A stretch of 64,000 nt of DNA from Acidimicrobiia bacterium (GCA_016871275.1 VFZG01000001.1:42334-106333); one strand, 5' to 3'. Counted from the first letter of the stretch, positions 46,023-59,810 are shown. Numbers and translations are program-made. Notes: a model not told the origin generated them from the sequence alone.

Positions 46023-47006
46023 GTGAGTTCCCGTGCGCCGGGCCTGGCGCGTCTCATCACCACACTGGCGGCCATCGTCGGCGTCGTGCTGCTGGTCGTT
46101 ACCGTGCGGCGCGTCGGCGGATGGACCGCGGTCGTCGACGGCGTCGCCAGCATTGGCTGGTGGTTTATCGTGGTGGTGCTGCTGGGCGCGTTCCGCATGG
46201 CCTGCCGCACCCGCGCGTGGATGATCGCGGCCGACGAGCCGGGGCTGCGCTTCGTCGATGCCTTCAAGGCGTGGATCGTCGGCGATGCGATGGGCAACCT
46301 CACGCCGCTGGGACTGCTGGCCAGCGAGCCCACCAAGGTATTGATGGTCCGCACCAGGATCTCGACCGTCACCAGCATTGCGTCGGTCACCATCGAGAAT
46401 GCGTCGTACACGGCGTCGGTGCTGGCCGTGCTGTTGCTCGGCACGTGGCTGTTCCTGCAGCGCGCCAATGTCCCGCCCGGACTCGAGCAGATCTCGGAAG
46501 TGATCGTCGCCACGGTCGCCCTCGTCGCCGTTGCCGGGGTCTGGGCAGTTCGCGCGCGGCCGGCCGTGCTGTCGCGCCTCGGCCCGCTGGTCGCGCGGCT
46601 GGCGGGGAAGTCCGATGCGCCGGCTGACGCGATCAAGGAAGTCGAAGCACGCATCTACGCGGTGCCGCAGTGGCCCGGCACCCGAATCGCGCGACTGACC
46701 GCGTGGGAGGTCCTGTTCCACCTGGCGGCGATCGCCGAAGTGTGGGTCGTGCTGCGGCTGCTGGTGCCCGACATCACGATTGCCGAAGCCTTCATGCTCG
46801 AGAGCACCGGCCGATTCGTCATCGTGGCGTTCAAGTTCGTCCCGTACCGGCTCGGAATCGACGAGGCGGGTTCCGGCGCCGTCGCCACCGTCCTCGGGTT
46901 GCCACCCGCCGTCGGCGTCACGCTGGCCCTGGTCCGCCGGCTGCGCATCATCGTCTTGAACGCGGTGGGATTGATTTCAATGATTCAAGGGCGTCACGGA
47001 CGTTAG
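46023..47006 (+). CDS. Lysylphosphatidylglycerol-synthase-TM-like (flippase-like, UPF0104) membrane protein
   Basis: Eight predicted TM helices, GTG start, and conserved-looking GDAMGNLTPLGLLASEPTK loop. Confidence 0.65.
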   Translation: MSSRAPGLARLITTLAAIVGVVLLVVTVRRVGGWTAVVDGVASIGWWFIVVVLLGAFRMACRTRAWMIAADEPGLRFVDAFKAWIVGDAMGNLTPLGLLASEPTKVLMVRTRISTVTSIASVTIENASYTASVLAVLLLGTWLFLQRANVPPGLEQISEVIVATVALVAVAGVWAVRARPAVLSRLGPLVARLAGKSDAPADAIKEVEARIYAVPQWPGTRIARLTAWEVLFHLAAIAEVWVVLRLLVPDITIAEAFMLESTGRFVIVAFKFVPYRLGIDEAGSGAVATVLGLPPAVGVTLALVRRLRIIVLNAVGLISMIQGRHGR

Positions 47007-47044
47007 GTGGTCCGCGGCCACGTCTGTCCGGTAAGATTTTGGGC

Positions 47045-50000
47045 ATGAGATTCGCTCGTTTTCTGGCACTCGTGGGTCTTCTGGCGTCCATGGCTCCGGT
47101 CGGAGCCCGGCAGGGAGCGACGGTCGATCCCAGCCTGTACAACGGCATGCGCTGGCGCAGCGTCGGCCCGTCACGCGGCGGTCGGTCGCTCGCGGTTGGC
47201 GGCAGCGATGCGCGGCCGCACGAGTATTGGTTTGGCACGGTCGGCGGCGGCGCCTGGAAGACCACCGATGGTGGCTCGAACTGGACGCCCATGACCGACG
47301 GCAAGATCCGCACCTCGGGCATTGGTTCGCTGGCGGTCTGCCAGTCGAATCCGGATGTCGTGTACATCGGCGGCGGCGAGACGCAACTGCGCGGCAACAT
47401 CATCCAGGGCGACGGCGTCTACAAGACCACCGATGGCGGCGTGACGTGGGACCATCTCACCGACCTGCGCGATTCGCAGGCGATCGCGCGCCTCCGGATT
47501 CATCCCACCAGCTGCGACGTCGCGTATGCGGCGGTGCTCGGGCAGATCTACAACGAGCATCCGCAGCGCGGCATCTTCAAGACCACCGACGGCGGCAAGA
47601 CCTGGCGCCGCACGCTGTTCCGCGACAACAAGACCGGCGGCGTGGACCTCTCGATCGATCCGAAGAACCCGGACGTGATGTTCGCGTCACTCTGGGAAGC
47701 GTTCCGCACACCGTGGAGCATGTCGAGCGGCGGTCCGGGCAGCGGCCTCTTCAAGTCGACCGACGGCGGCGATTCATGGGCCGAGATCACCAGGAACCAG
47801 GGCCTGCCTACCGGCCTGTGGGGCAAGGTCGGCGTGTCGGTGTCGGGCGCCGACGGCAATCGCGTCTACGCGCTGATCGAGCATGAAGCCGCGGGCGGGC
47901 TCTACGTATCCGATGATGCCGGCACGTCGTGGAAGATGATCAACGACAACCGCAACATGCGTCAGCGCGCCTTCTACTACACGCGCCTGAACGCCGACCC
48001 GATCGAGAAAGACACCGTCTACATCCTCAACGTGCAGTTGTTCCGTTCGACGGACGGCGGAAAGACGGTGACCAGCATCCAGGTCCCGCACGGCGACAAC
48101 CACGACCTGTGGATCTCGAGCACCGACAACCGCCGCATGGTCCAGTCGAACGACGGCGGCGCGAACGTGTCGGTGAACAAGGCGGCGACCTGGACCGGGC
48201 AGGATTACCCGACCGGCCAGTTCTACAACGTGTTCACCACCAGGCACGTGCCCTACCACATCTGCGGCGCGCAGCAGGACAACAGCACCGCGTGCGTCGG
48301 CAGCCAGGCGAATCCGGGCGCCGGCGAAGGCAGCCTGCCGCCGATCTTCTACGCGGTGGGTGGCGGCGAGAGCGGCTACATCGCGCCGGATCCGAAAGAC
48401 CTCGACGTGTTCTTCGCGGGCAGCTACGGCGGCTACCTGAGCCGGCTCGATCGCCAGACCGGCCAGCAGCGGTCGGTCAACATCTACCCGAACAATCCGA
48501 TGGGCTATTCCTCGATCGACATCAAGGAACGGTTCCAGTGGACCTACCCGATCGTCTTCTCGCCGCTCGATCCCAGGGTGCTCTACGCGACGTCACAGCA
48601 CGTCTGGCGCACCACCAACGATGGGCAGAGCTGGCAGCGCATCAGTCCGAACCTGGCGCGTTCGGATCCGAAGACCATGCAGGCGTCCGGCGGCCCGATC
48701 ACCAAGGACCAGACCGGTGTGGAAACCTACGCAGTGGTGTTCACGCTGGCGCCGTCGAAGCAGGACATCGACACCCTCTGGGCCGGATCAGACGACGGCT
48801 GGGTGCACATCACGCGCGACGGCGGCCAGAACTGGGACCGCATCACGCCGCCGGACCTGCCGGAGTTTGCGCGCATCAGCCTGATCGAGGCGTCGCCGCA
48901 CCAGAACGGCGTTGCCTACCTTGCGGCCAATCGCTACCAGATGGGCGACCGCACGCCGTACCTCTACAAGACAGCCGACTTCGGCAAGACGTGGCAGAAG
49001 ATCGTCACCGGCATTCCGGACACCGACTTCCCGCGGGTGATCCGCGAAGACATCAAGCGCCGCGGGTTGCTGTATGCCGGCACCGAGCACGGCGTCTACG
49101 TGTCGTTCAACGACGGCGCGTCATGGCAGTCGCTGACGCTCAACCTGCCGACCACGCCGGTGCACGGCATTGTCTCGGAGGATCGCGACCTGGTCATCGG
49201 CACGCACGGCCGCGGCTTCTACGTCCTCGACAACATCAGCGTGCTGCGCCAGGCGACCGCAGAGCTGACCAGCAACCCGCTGTTCGTGTTCGAGCCGCTC
49301 GACGCGATGCGCGGCCGCGATCGCAACGTCACCTTTGACTACTTCCTCAACAAGGACGCCGCCGAGGTGAAGATCGAGTTTCTCGACGCCTCCGGCACGG
49401 TGCTGCGCACTTTCAGCGGCGGCGCCAATGCGCCGCCGCCACCGGCGCCCGGCGACGGCGGCTTCTTCGGCGGCGCGCCGCCGCGCGTCACCACCCAGCG
49501 CGGCATCAACCGCTTCACGTGGGACATGCGCTACGAAGGTGCGGTGGTGTTCCCGGGCATGATCATGTGGGCGGCACAGCCGGCACGAGGGCCGGCCGCG
49601 CCGACCGGCAACTATACCGTGCGCATTGCGGCGAACGGCGAGACCAAGACCCGTAATTTCGCCGTCGCCATCGATCCGCGGCTGATTGCCGACGGCATTA
49701 CCGAAGCCGACCTCGCCGAGCAATTCAAGCTGTCGTTGCGGGTGCGCGACAAGGTCAGCGAGGCCAACCAGGCGGTGATCGACATCCGCGCGCTGCGCCA
49801 GCAGATCAACGATCGCCTGACGAGGGTGTCGGCGCGCCGCAAAACCGAAATCCAGCAGCTCGCCGAGGCCGTGCTGGTGCCGCTGACCGCGGTCGAAGAG
49901 GAGGCCTACCAGGTCCGCAACCGCAGCGGCCAGGATCCGCTCAACTATCCGATCAAGTTGAACAACAAGATCGCCGCGCTGGCTGGCGTGATTGAGAGTG

Positions 50001-50188
50001 CCGACGCGAAGCCCACCGACCAAAGCGTCGAGGTGTTCAACGAACTCGCGAAGGAACTCGACGCGCAGATCCAGAAGATGAACGACACGCTGAAGAAGCA
50101 GCTGCCGTTGCTGAATGCGGCCCTGGCGCGCGAGAAGCTGGGCACCGTCGATCCGAAAGCCAAGCCCGTCTCGCCCACGCCGAAATAG
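47045..50188 (+). CDS. Exported sortilin/VPS10-type BNR (Asp-box) repeat protein
   Basis: Start ATG 47045 (MRFARFLALVGLLASMAPVGA). Repeated S/T-x-D-G-G-x-T/S-W Asp-boxes (TTDGGSNW, TTDGGVTW, TTDGGKTW, STDGGDSW, and others); 1047 aa. Confidence 0.8.
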   Translation: MRFARFLALVGLLASMAPVGARQGATVDPSLYNGMRWRSVGPSRGGRSLAVGGSDARPHEYWFGTVGGGAWKTTDGGSNWTPMTDGKIRTSGIGSLAVCQSNPDVVYIGGGETQLRGNIIQGDGVYKTTDGGVTWDHLTDLRDSQAIARLRIHPTSCDVAYAAVLGQIYNEHPQRGIFKTTDGGKTWRRTLFRDNKTGGVDLSIDPKNPDVMFASLWEAFRTPWSMSSGGPGSGLFKSTDGGDSWAEITRNQGLPTGLWGKVGVSVSGADGNRVYALIEHEAAGGLYVSDDAGTSWKMINDNRNMRQRAFYYTRLNADPIEKDTVYILNVQLFRSTDGGKTVTSIQVPHGDNHDLWISSTDNRRMVQSNDGGANVSVNKAATWTGQDYPTGQFYNVFTTRHVPYHICGAQQDNSTACVGSQANPGAGEGSLPPIFYAVGGGESGYIAPDPKDLDVFFAGSYGGYLSRLDRQTGQQRSVNIYPNNPMGYSSIDIKERFQWTYPIVFSPLDPRVLYATSQHVWRTTNDGQSWQRISPNLARSDPKTMQASGGPITKDQTGVETYAVVFTLAPSKQDIDTLWAGSDDGWVHITRDGGQNWDRITPPDLPEFARISLIEASPHQNGVAYLAANRYQMGDRTPYLYKTADFGKTWQKIVTGIPDTDFPRVIREDIKRRGLLYAGTEHGVYVSFNDGASWQSLTLNLPTTPVHGIVSEDRDLVIGTHGRGFYVLDNISVLRQATAELTSNPLFVFEPLDAMRGRDRNVTFDYFLNKDAAEVKIEFLDASGTVLRTFSGGANAPPPPAPGDGGFFGGAPPRVTTQRGINRFTWDMRYEGAVVFPGMIMWAAQPARGPAAPTGNYTVRIAANGETKTRNFAVAIDPRLIADGITEADLAEQFKLSLRVRDKVSEANQAVIDIRALRQQINDRLTRVSARRKTEIQQLAEAVLVPLTAVEEEAYQVRNRSGQDPLNYPIKLNNKIAALAGVIESADAKPTDQSVEVFNELAKELDAQIQKMNDTLKKQLPLLNAALAREKLGTVDPKAKPVSPTPK

Positions 50189-50195
50189 CCTGTCG

Positions 50196-50228
50196 GGGAC
50201 GGCGCGGCGCGGTTGGTCGTGCCGTCCC
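50196..50228. terminator. Hairpin between convergent genes (possible bidirectional terminator)
   Basis: GGGACGGC-N17-GCCGTCCC. There is no U-run, so support is weak. Confidence 0.3.
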
Positions 50229-51697
50229 TACTCGCTGTTCCAGCGGCCGGCCCGCCACGCTTCGGGCCGGATGATGACCAGCACGGTGATCACCTCGAGC
50301 CGGCCGATCCACATCGTGGCCGTCAGCGCCATGCGGCTGATCGGGTGCAAGTCGCCAAAGTGGCTCATCGGGCCCACCAGGTTGAAACCGGGACCGACGT
50401 TCCCGAGGCACGCGGCAGTGGCGGAGATGCCGGTCACCAGATCCGCGCCGAGCAGCACGACGACCGCCGTGCACATCGCGAACGTCAGCATGTAGAACAG
50501 GAAGAAGACGATCACCCCCTGCACGATGTGCGCGGGCACGACGCGGCCAGCAAGCTTGACCGGAAGGACGGCATGCGGGTGCAGCGCTCGTCGCAGCTCG
50601 TGCAACGTGAACTTCGCCAACAACACGTGGCGAACGACCTTCGGGCCGCCCGCCGCCGACCCGGCGCAGCCACCAATGAACATCAGGCCGAGCAGAATCG
50701 CCTTCGCCTGGTCGTTCCACAACTGGAAGTCCACGCTGGCATAGCCGGTGGTGGTGAGAATCGACAGCACCTGGAACAGCGCGGTGCGGAGCGCGGACTC
50801 ACTCAACAACGGCAGCTGCGTGGCCCAGACCAGCAGCGCGGTGGCGACAATCACCACCCCCGCATACGCGCGCAACTCCTCGTCACCGGTGATCAGTCGG
50901 TGATCGCGCCGTGCCAGCGCGCGATACTGCAGCGCGAAGTTCGCGCCGGCCAGCGTCATGAAGACGATGATCACCCACTCAGCCGCCGGATTCTGGTAGC
51001 CGGCCAGCGACAGCGGATGCGGTGAGAAGCCGCCGGCCGCGAGCGTCGTGAAGGCGTGGCTGACACTGTCGTACCACGACATGCCGGTGAGCCGCAGGGC
51101 GACCGTCTGGATTGCGGTCAGTGCGGCATACACCTGCCACAGCACCGCCGCCGTCCGCCGGATCTGCGGGGTCACCTTCTCGTCGTCCGGGCCGGAAGCT
51201 TCGGCGAAGAACATTTCCCGCCCGCCGATGGCGAGACGGGGCAGGATGGCCACGAACAGCGCGATGACGCCCATGCCGCCGAGCCACTGCGTCAGGCTCC
51301 GCCAGAAGAAGATGCCGCGGCCGAACTGCGCGAAGTCGCGGAACACCGTCGCCCCGGTGGTGGTCAGGCCGGACATCGATTCGAACATCGCGTCGATCAC
51401 GCCCAGCCCGGCCCACACGTACGGCAGCGACGCGAACGCCGCGATCAGCAGCCATGCGCCGGAGACCACCGCCAGCCCCTCGACGCGGCGCATGCGTTCG
51501 ACCGCATCCTCCGCGCCGCTGCCGCCTGCCCGTCGCATGACCTGACCGGCCATGCAGGTGACCACCGTCGCGATCGCGAAACCCGCCGCGTCGCGGTACT
51601 CGCCGTAGAGCAGGGCCACGGCCAGCGGCGCCAGCGTCATCAAGCCGAAGACGCGGACAATCAGGCCGATGACGTGAACGACCAGCGAGATGCGCAT
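50228..51697 (-). CDS. trkH: TrkH-family potassium uptake protein
   Basis: Polytopic protein with repeated M1-P-M2 units (TTTGA.. / TTTGY.. selectivity-like motifs), upstream neighbour of trkA. Confidence 0.9.
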   Translation of the reverse strand: MRISLVVHVIGLIVRVFGLMTLAPLAVALLYGEYRDAAGFAIATVVTCMAGQVMRRAGGSGAEDAVERMRRVEGLAVVSGAWLLIAAFASLPYVWAGLGVIDAMFESMSGLTTTGATVFRDFAQFGRGIFFWRSLTQWLGGMGVIALFVAILPRLAIGGREMFFAEASGPDDEKVTPQIRRTAAVLWQVYAALTAIQTVALRLTGMSWYDSVSHAFTTLAAGGFSPHPLSLAGYQNPAAEWVIIVFMTLAGANFALQYRALARRDHRLITGDEELRAYAGVVIVATALLVWATQLPLLSESALRTALFQVLSILTTTGYASVDFQLWNDQAKAILLGLMFIGGCAGSAAGGPKVVRHVLLAKFTLHELRRALHPHAVLPVKLAGRVVPAHIVQGVIVFFLFYMLTFAMCTAVVVLLGADLVTGISATAACLGNVGPGFNLVGPMSHFGDLHPISRMALTATMWIGRLEVITVLVIIRPEAWRAGRWNSE

Positions 51698-51745
51698 CAG
51701 GCTGCCGGCAATCGGACGTCGCGAGCCGGTGGCCGGCGGTGCGGC

Positions 51746-53098
51746 CTATGAGTCAAACCCATGGAAGTAGGCCTGGACGCGCTCTGCCGCCTCGCGCGTG
51801 GAAAACACGATGAGGCGATCGCCCGGTGAAATCTGGTCGTCACCGCGCGGCACAATCACCTCGGACCCGCGGAGGATGGCGCCGACAATCACATCCGCTG
51901 GAGCTCCGATCTGCTTGAGCGGTCGCGGCTCAAAGCGGTCCGACACGACCAGCTCGAGCACGCGGGCCTCGCCGTGCTCGACGACGGCGAGCAGGCTCGA
52001 CGCGCCGCCGGTGATTTGATGCAGAATCGACGCCACCGCGGCGGCACGCGCCGACAACGCGACATCGATACCGACGCGCTCGAACAACCGCAAGTTGGTC
52101 GGCCGGCTGACACGGGTGACGATTTTGGGCACACCGAGCTGCCGGCCCAGCAGCGATGCCAGCAGGTTCCGCTCATCGTTATCGATCACGCATACCAGCA
52201 CGTCACTGCGACCGACGTTCTCGCTCTCGAGAAACTCCAGATCGGTGCCATCCCCGTTCAGCACGAGGGTGCGCGTCAGCCGCGCCGCCAGCATTTCGCC
52301 TCGCGCCGGGTCGCGTTCCACGATGCGCACCTGGCACGCCGGCGATCGCTCCAGGCGCTCGGCCAGCTGCAGGCCGACGTCGCCGCCGCCGACAATCGTG
52401 ACCTCGATGTCGCCCCCGGCGCGGGCGGGATGAATCAGGCGATGGACCTCTTGGATCGCAGACGGCGCGCCCATGACGATCACCTTGTCGTCGGCCTGCA
52501 GGACGGTCGCGCCGCGCGGCACGAACAGCGCACCGGCACGCTTCACCGCGACGATCAAGGAGCCGCGCGGCAAATGCAGCGCGCCGAGCGTCTTGCCGAC
52601 CATGACCGAGCCGGTGCCGAGGCGGTACTCGAGCAGGCGGATGCGCCCGCCGGCGAAAATCTCCGCATCGATCGCACCGGGAGCGCTGACCACGCCTTCG
52701 ATGTCCGCTGCCAGCTGCGCCTCCGGCCACAGCACGCGGTCGATGCCGAAATCCCGGAGGCCGACGCCCGCCTGCCCGTCGGGCAGGAAATCCGACCGCG
52801 ACACCACGCAGATCGTCTCAGGATTCGACATCCGGTTCGCGATGGCGCAGGCGACCACGTTGACCTCGTCGAGCGGGGTCGTCGCAACAAAGAACCGGGC
52901 GTCTTCAATCCGCGCCCGCTTGAGCATGTCCTGGCTGGTGCCGCTGCCGATCAGCAGCTCGGCATCGATATGGTGGAAGGCCGCGGCGACGTCCGGATTG
53001 TGGTCGATGACGACGACCTCGTGCTCCGCCGCCAGGGCCTTGGCCAGCGACGATCCGATTTGCCCGCCGCCGACGATCACGATGCGCATCTGCTTCAA
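51746..53098 (-). CDS. trkA: Trk system NAD-binding subunit TrkA
   Basis: Two RCK modules, each with a Rossmann motif (IVIVGGGQIGSSLA and VTIVGGGDVGLQLA). Confidence 0.9.
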   Translation of the reverse strand: MKQMRIVIVGGGQIGSSLAKALAAEHEVVVIDHNPDVAAAFHHIDAELLIGSGTSQDMLKRARIEDARFFVATTPLDEVNVVACAIANRMSNPETICVVSRSDFLPDGQAGVGLRDFGIDRVLWPEAQLAADIEGVVSAPGAIDAEIFAGGRIRLLEYRLGTGSVMVGKTLGALHLPRGSLIVAVKRAGALFVPRGATVLQADDKVIVMGAPSAIQEVHRLIHPARAGGDIEVTIVGGGDVGLQLAERLERSPACQVRIVERDPARGEMLAARLTRTLVLNGDGTDLEFLESENVGRSDVLVCVIDNDERNLLASLLGRQLGVPKIVTRVSRPTNLRLFERVGIDVALSARAAAVASILHQITGGASSLLAVVEHGEARVLELVVSDRFEPRPLKQIGAPADVIVGAILRGSEVIVPRGDDQISPGDRLIVFSTREAAERVQAYFHGFDS

Positions 53099-53164
53099 TT
53101 TACTTCACGATCGGGCTCGCCGGAGCGCAGGCCGACGATTATGATAACGGGTTACACTAGCTTG

Positions 53165-53437
53165 ATGCGCGCCGCCCGAAGATTCCTGGTGAGCGGGCGT
53201 GTGCAAGGCGTGGGCTTTCGCTATTTTGTGCTCGAGGCGGCGCGCCGCGAGGGCCTGAACGGCTTTGTCACGAACCGCGACGATGGCAGCGTCGAGGCCG
53301 TCGCCGAAGGCGAGGCCGAGTCGATCGAGCGGTTCGAACGCGCATTGCGGCAGGGGCCGTCACGGTCGCGAGTCGAGCACGTCCGGGTCGACGACGAGGC
53401 ACCGGCATTGCCGCAGACGGGCTTTACGATTCGTTGA
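53165..53437 (+). CDS. acyP: Acylphosphatase
   Basis: VSGRVQGVGFRYF signature; 90 aa. Confidence 0.9.
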   Translation: MRAARRFLVSGRVQGVGFRYFVLEAARREGLNGFVTNRDDGSVEAVAEGEAESIERFERALRQGPSRSRVEHVRVDDEAPALPQTGFTIR

Positions 53438-53444
53438 GAGCAGC

Positions 53445-53960
53445 ATGGATCATCTGAAGGCGAAGATTCGCGAGATTCCCAACTTCCCGACGCAGGGCAT
53501 TCTCTTCTACGACATCACCACGCTGTTGTGCGACCCGCAGGGGTTCCGCGACACCGTGGACGCGCTGGCCGCGCCCTATATGGGCGAGGACATCGACCAG
53601 GTGGTGGGCATTGAGAGCCGCGGCTTCATTCTCGGAGCGGCGGTGGCCAACACGCTTGGCTGCGGCTTCGTGCCGGTGCGCAAGCCAGGCAAGCTGCCTG
53701 GCGCGACGCACTCCCAGGCCTACAGCCTCGAGTACGGCAACAACGCCCTCGAGATTCACCAGGATGCCTGCGCCGGCCAACAGCGCATCCTGGTCGTCGA
53801 CGACGTGCTCGCCACCGGCGGCACCGCCAAGGCGGCCCTTGACCTGGTGCGGAAAGCGGGCGGACACGTCTTTGGGATTGCGTTTCTGATTGAGCTGGAT
53901 TTTCTCGGCGGCCGCTCGGAGCTGCCTGGTGCGAACGTCTATTCCGTCCTGCACTACTGA
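53445..53960 (+). CDS. apt: Adenine phosphoribosyltransferase
   Basis: IREIPNFPTQGILFYDIT start and PRPP motif ILVVDDVLATGGT. Confidence 0.95.
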   Translation: MDHLKAKIREIPNFPTQGILFYDITTLLCDPQGFRDTVDALAAPYMGEDIDQVVGIESRGFILGAAVANTLGCGFVPVRKPGKLPGATHSQAYSLEYGNNALEIHQDACAGQQRILVVDDVLATGGTAKAALDLVRKAGGHVFGIAFLIELDFLGGRSELPGANVYSVLHY

Positions 53961-53966
53961 GGGAAG

Positions 53967-54042
53967 TGGTGCGCGTGGCAGGAGTTGAACCTGCGACCCC
54001 CCGCTTAGGAGGCGGGTGCTCTATCCACTGAGCTACACGCGC
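53967..54042 (-). tRNA. tRNA-Arg (anticodon CCT), CCA encoded
   Basis: Hand-folded cloverleaf: acceptor GCGCGTG/CACGCGC, D stem GCTC/GAGC, anticodon stem CCCGC/GCGGG with loop CTCCTAA, T stem GCAGG/CCTGC with loop TTCAACT; 76 nt. Confidence 0.9.
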
Positions 54043-54082
54043 GACGGTCATTCAGTGTAACGTGAACGTTGAAGGTTGAGCT

Positions 54083-54832
54083 ATGAAGACTACCGAGCGG
54101 CATCATCTGAAAGACAACGAGCTGGCCATTGCGCTGGGGCATGCGCAGGATTGGACCGGCAGGAATGCCCGCACCCTGCTCGGCGTCATTGGCGCGGTCG
54201 TGGTGATTGGCGCCGGCTTTCTGGGTGTCACCGCGTGGCGCAACAGCGGCAACAATGACGCGCGTGCCGCACTCGCCGCGGCCATGGTCATCGACGAGGC
54301 CCGCGTCATGCCGCCGGCCCCCCCGGCCGGCACGACCAACGATCCGAATGCGCTGGGCGGGCAGTTGCCCGGCACCTATCCCACCGAGCAGGCCAAGCTC
54401 GAAGCGGCCCTGCCGAAGTTCCAGGCGGCCGCCGACGCGTTCCCAACTCACGAGGCCGGCCTGACCGCCCGCTATCACGTGGCACGCACGCTGGTTTCGC
54501 TCGGACGCTTCGACGATGCCGTCGCGGCATACGACCGGGTGATCGCCGGCGGCAACACGTTGCTGGCGCGCAGCGCGCGGCTCGGCAAGGGCGAGGCGCA
54601 ACTGCGCGCGGCGCAGTACGAACCGGCAATCGCCACCTTCAAGCAAATCGTCGATCAGAAGGACGCGGCGCTGCCCACCGAGGCGGTGCTGATGGAACTG
54701 GCGCGTGCCTACCGGCTGGCCGGCAGGACCGAGGAGGCCCGCAAGACGTTGACGCAGATCGTCGAGCAGCATGCCGACACGCCGTACGCCGGCGATGCGC
54801 GCTCCGAATTGGAGAAGCTCGGGAAAGCGTGA
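54083..54832 (+). CDS. Single-pass TPR protein (YfgM-like architecture)
   Basis: Short cytoplasmic N-terminus, TM helix LLGVIGAVVVIGAGFLGVTAW, then TPR-like helical repeats. Confidence 0.55.
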   Translation: MKTTERHHLKDNELAIALGHAQDWTGRNARTLLGVIGAVVVIGAGFLGVTAWRNSGNNDARAALAAAMVIDEARVMPPAPPAGTTNDPNALGGQLPGTYPTEQAKLEAALPKFQAAADAFPTHEAGLTARYHVARTLVSLGRFDDAVAAYDRVIAGGNTLLARSARLGKGEAQLRAAQYEPAIATFKQIVDQKDAALPTEAVLMELARAYRLAGRTEEARKTLTQIVEQHADTPYAGDARSELEKLGKA

Positions 54833-54854
54833 CGCCAGCCGGCCCGCGAGCCCG

Positions 54855-56374
54855 TTAGCCCGCCGGCCGTCGATTCTTCACGACATCCCGCAGGAACGTA
54901 AAGTCAGCCGAGGGCGTCAACTTGACGCCCTCGACTACCGTACGGGACACGGCGACGTTGGTCTTGTACCACAGGCTGATGTACGGGGCGTCCTCGGCGA
55001 TGATGCGCTGCGCCTGGCCATACAGGCGGCGCCGGTCTTCGTCGGCAGGCGCCGCCATGGCGGCGTCAATCAGCCGGTCGACCCCGGGATTCTGGTAGTA
55101 GCCGCGGTTGAATCCGTTGGGCGGCATCTGCTGCGAGTGGAACACGCGTCGCAGCATGTCGGGATCCGACACGCCCACCCATTGCAGCGTGAACAGCTGG
55201 AAGTTGCCCTTGAGGACATCCGCATAGAGGGTTGCGAACTCGTACGAGCGCACGTCCAGTTCGATGCCGACCGCCCTGAGGTCCTGTTGAATGACCGCGG
55301 CCTGCAGCCGGATGAACTCGTTGGTCGACACCTTCAGCGACAGACGCAGTCGCGGCTCCGGACCATCGCCATCCGGATCGCGATACCCGGCCTCCTCGAG
55401 CAGCGCCCGCGCCTGTGCCGGGTCGTGTGAGAACTGGAACACCCCAGCGTCGAATGCCCAGGACGCCGGCGGAAGAATGCCGACGGCCGGCCGGGCCAGG
55501 CCCCGCCGGAGGTGATCGACGATGGCCTGACGGTCAATCGCGTAGCCCAGCGCGTGGCGAACGCGCCGGTCCTTCAGGACCGGGTCTCGCATGTTGATGC
55601 CGACATACGCGTAGTCGGTGCCTGCCGACTCGGCAATCGAGACCGTCTGGTCGGCGGCGAGCTGGTGCACGACGTCCGGGGACAGGTCGTTCACCACTAT
55701 GTCGATCGTGCCCTTGCGCAGTTCCAGCGCCCGCATGATTTCGTCGGGCACCACCTTCAGCACCACGCCGCCGTTGGCCGGCCGGCCGCGGAAGTAGTCG
55801 GGGTTGGCGGCGAGTTCGACCCGGTCATCGACCGCGAAGCTGACGAACCTGTAGGGCCCGGTGCCGATCGGCTTGTCGCGCAGGTCCGCGCCGGCGCCCT
55901 TGGGCACGACCGGCATCACCAGGTTGATCGGGAAAGAACCAAACGGCTCCTTCAGCGTGAAGCGCACCGTGTAGGGGTCGAGGGCCTCGACGCTCTTCAG
56001 CGATCGATAGGCGCCCTTGCGCGGCGAGACGAAGGTCGGATCGATGAAGCAATTGAACGTGAAGACCACGTCGTCCGCCGTGAGCTCGTGTCCGTCATGG
56101 AACCTGACGCCCTTGCGGAGGCGCACGAGGTAGTTGAGCGGGTCGGCCTGCTCCCAGCTGGACGCGAGCCCGCCGACCACGCGGAGCCGATCGTCGAGTG
56201 CGAGCAGGTAGTCGTAGATCAGGGTGTGAATGCGCTGCGATGTCTCGTCGCTGCCGACACGCGGATCCAGGCTGTTGGGCGAGCTGAGCACGGCCAGCGT
56301 GATGACGTCGGGCCGAACGGTCTGGCCTGCGCAGCCGCCCACCAGCAGCACGAGTGCCAGCCGCGCGGCGCGCA

Positions 56375-56375
<1 letters not shown>
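54855..56375 (-). CDS. ABC transporter substrate-binding lipoprotein, family 5 (peptide/nickel type)
   Basis: Lipobox LLVGGCAG and SBP_bac_5-like body (FHDGHELTADDVVFTF). No permease or ATPase genes are adjacent. Confidence 0.85.
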
Positions 56376-59029
<2,654 letters not shown>

Positions 59030-59117
59030 GGTGCGAAAGTGTGTCGGCGAGTATGACAGACTTTAGGCGGGGAGGGCCGGTGAGGCGGGCAGGCCTGGTG
59101 AGGCTGGTGGAGCAGAT

Positions 59118-59810
59118 GTGATCGTCCTCGCACTTGACACCACGACCCGTGGCGGGAGCGTCGCCGTCATGGACGACGACCAGTTGCTGGCGCTGTTGCC
59201 GGGCGATGCGGCGCGCACGCACGGGGAGCGTTTGCCCGGCGAAATCGCCCGGGCGTTGGAGGCCGCGTCGATCACGCGCGATCGGATTGATCTCCTGGCG
59301 GTGGCCGCGGGGCCGGGCGCCTTCACCGGTCTCAGGATTGGCCTGGCCGCCATGCAGGGCCTGGCGCTGGCACTGAGGACACCCGTCATCGGCGTGTCGG
59401 CACTCGATGCGCTTGCGGAGCAGGCGCGAACCCACGCCACCGATCGGATCGTGCCGTGGATGGACGCGCAGCGCGGCGATGTCTTCGCGACGATTATCGA
59501 CGTCGCGTCCGGGGCACACCTCGAGCCGCCAACCACCGCGGCGCCGGCGGCGTTGCTCTCGGACTGGCGGAGCCATTTCGCCGATCGATCCGTGACGTTC
59601 ATCGGCGATGCGGTTCCGCGCGATGCGGCGGCAATCGATGCGTCAGCCCGCCGCGCCACCCGGCGAATGCCGGAATCGCTTGCGCCGCAGATCGGGCGGC
59701 TGGCACGGCTCAGAGCGGCACAGGGCGCTGGCGGGCATCCCCACGCGCTCGAGCCGATCTACGTCCGTCGTCCCGATGCCGAGATCGAACGTGAGCGGAA
59801 TGGCCGTTGA
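59118..59810 (+). CDS. tsaB: tRNA t6A biosynthesis protein TsaB
   Basis: IVLALDTTT start and GPGAFTGLRIGLAAMQGLA motif. GTG start. Confidence 0.85.
   Translation: MIVLALDTTTRGGSVAVMDDDQLLALLPGDAARTHGERLPGEIARALEAASITRDRIDLLAVAAGPGAFTGLRIGLAAMQGLALALRTPVIGVSALDALAEQARTHATDRIVPWMDAQRGDVFATIIDVASGAHLEPPTTAAPAALLSDWRSHFADRSVTFIGDAVPRDAAAIDASARRATRRMPESLAPQIGRLARLRAAQGAGGHPHALEPIYVRRPDAEIERERNGR

Noticed and set aside
37212-54042. Genomic island bounded by tRNA-Pro and tRNA-Arg.
   Set aside because: I saw no integrase, no direct repeat of a tRNA 3' end, and no visible composition shift. The interval also contains core genes (trkHA, apt, acyP).
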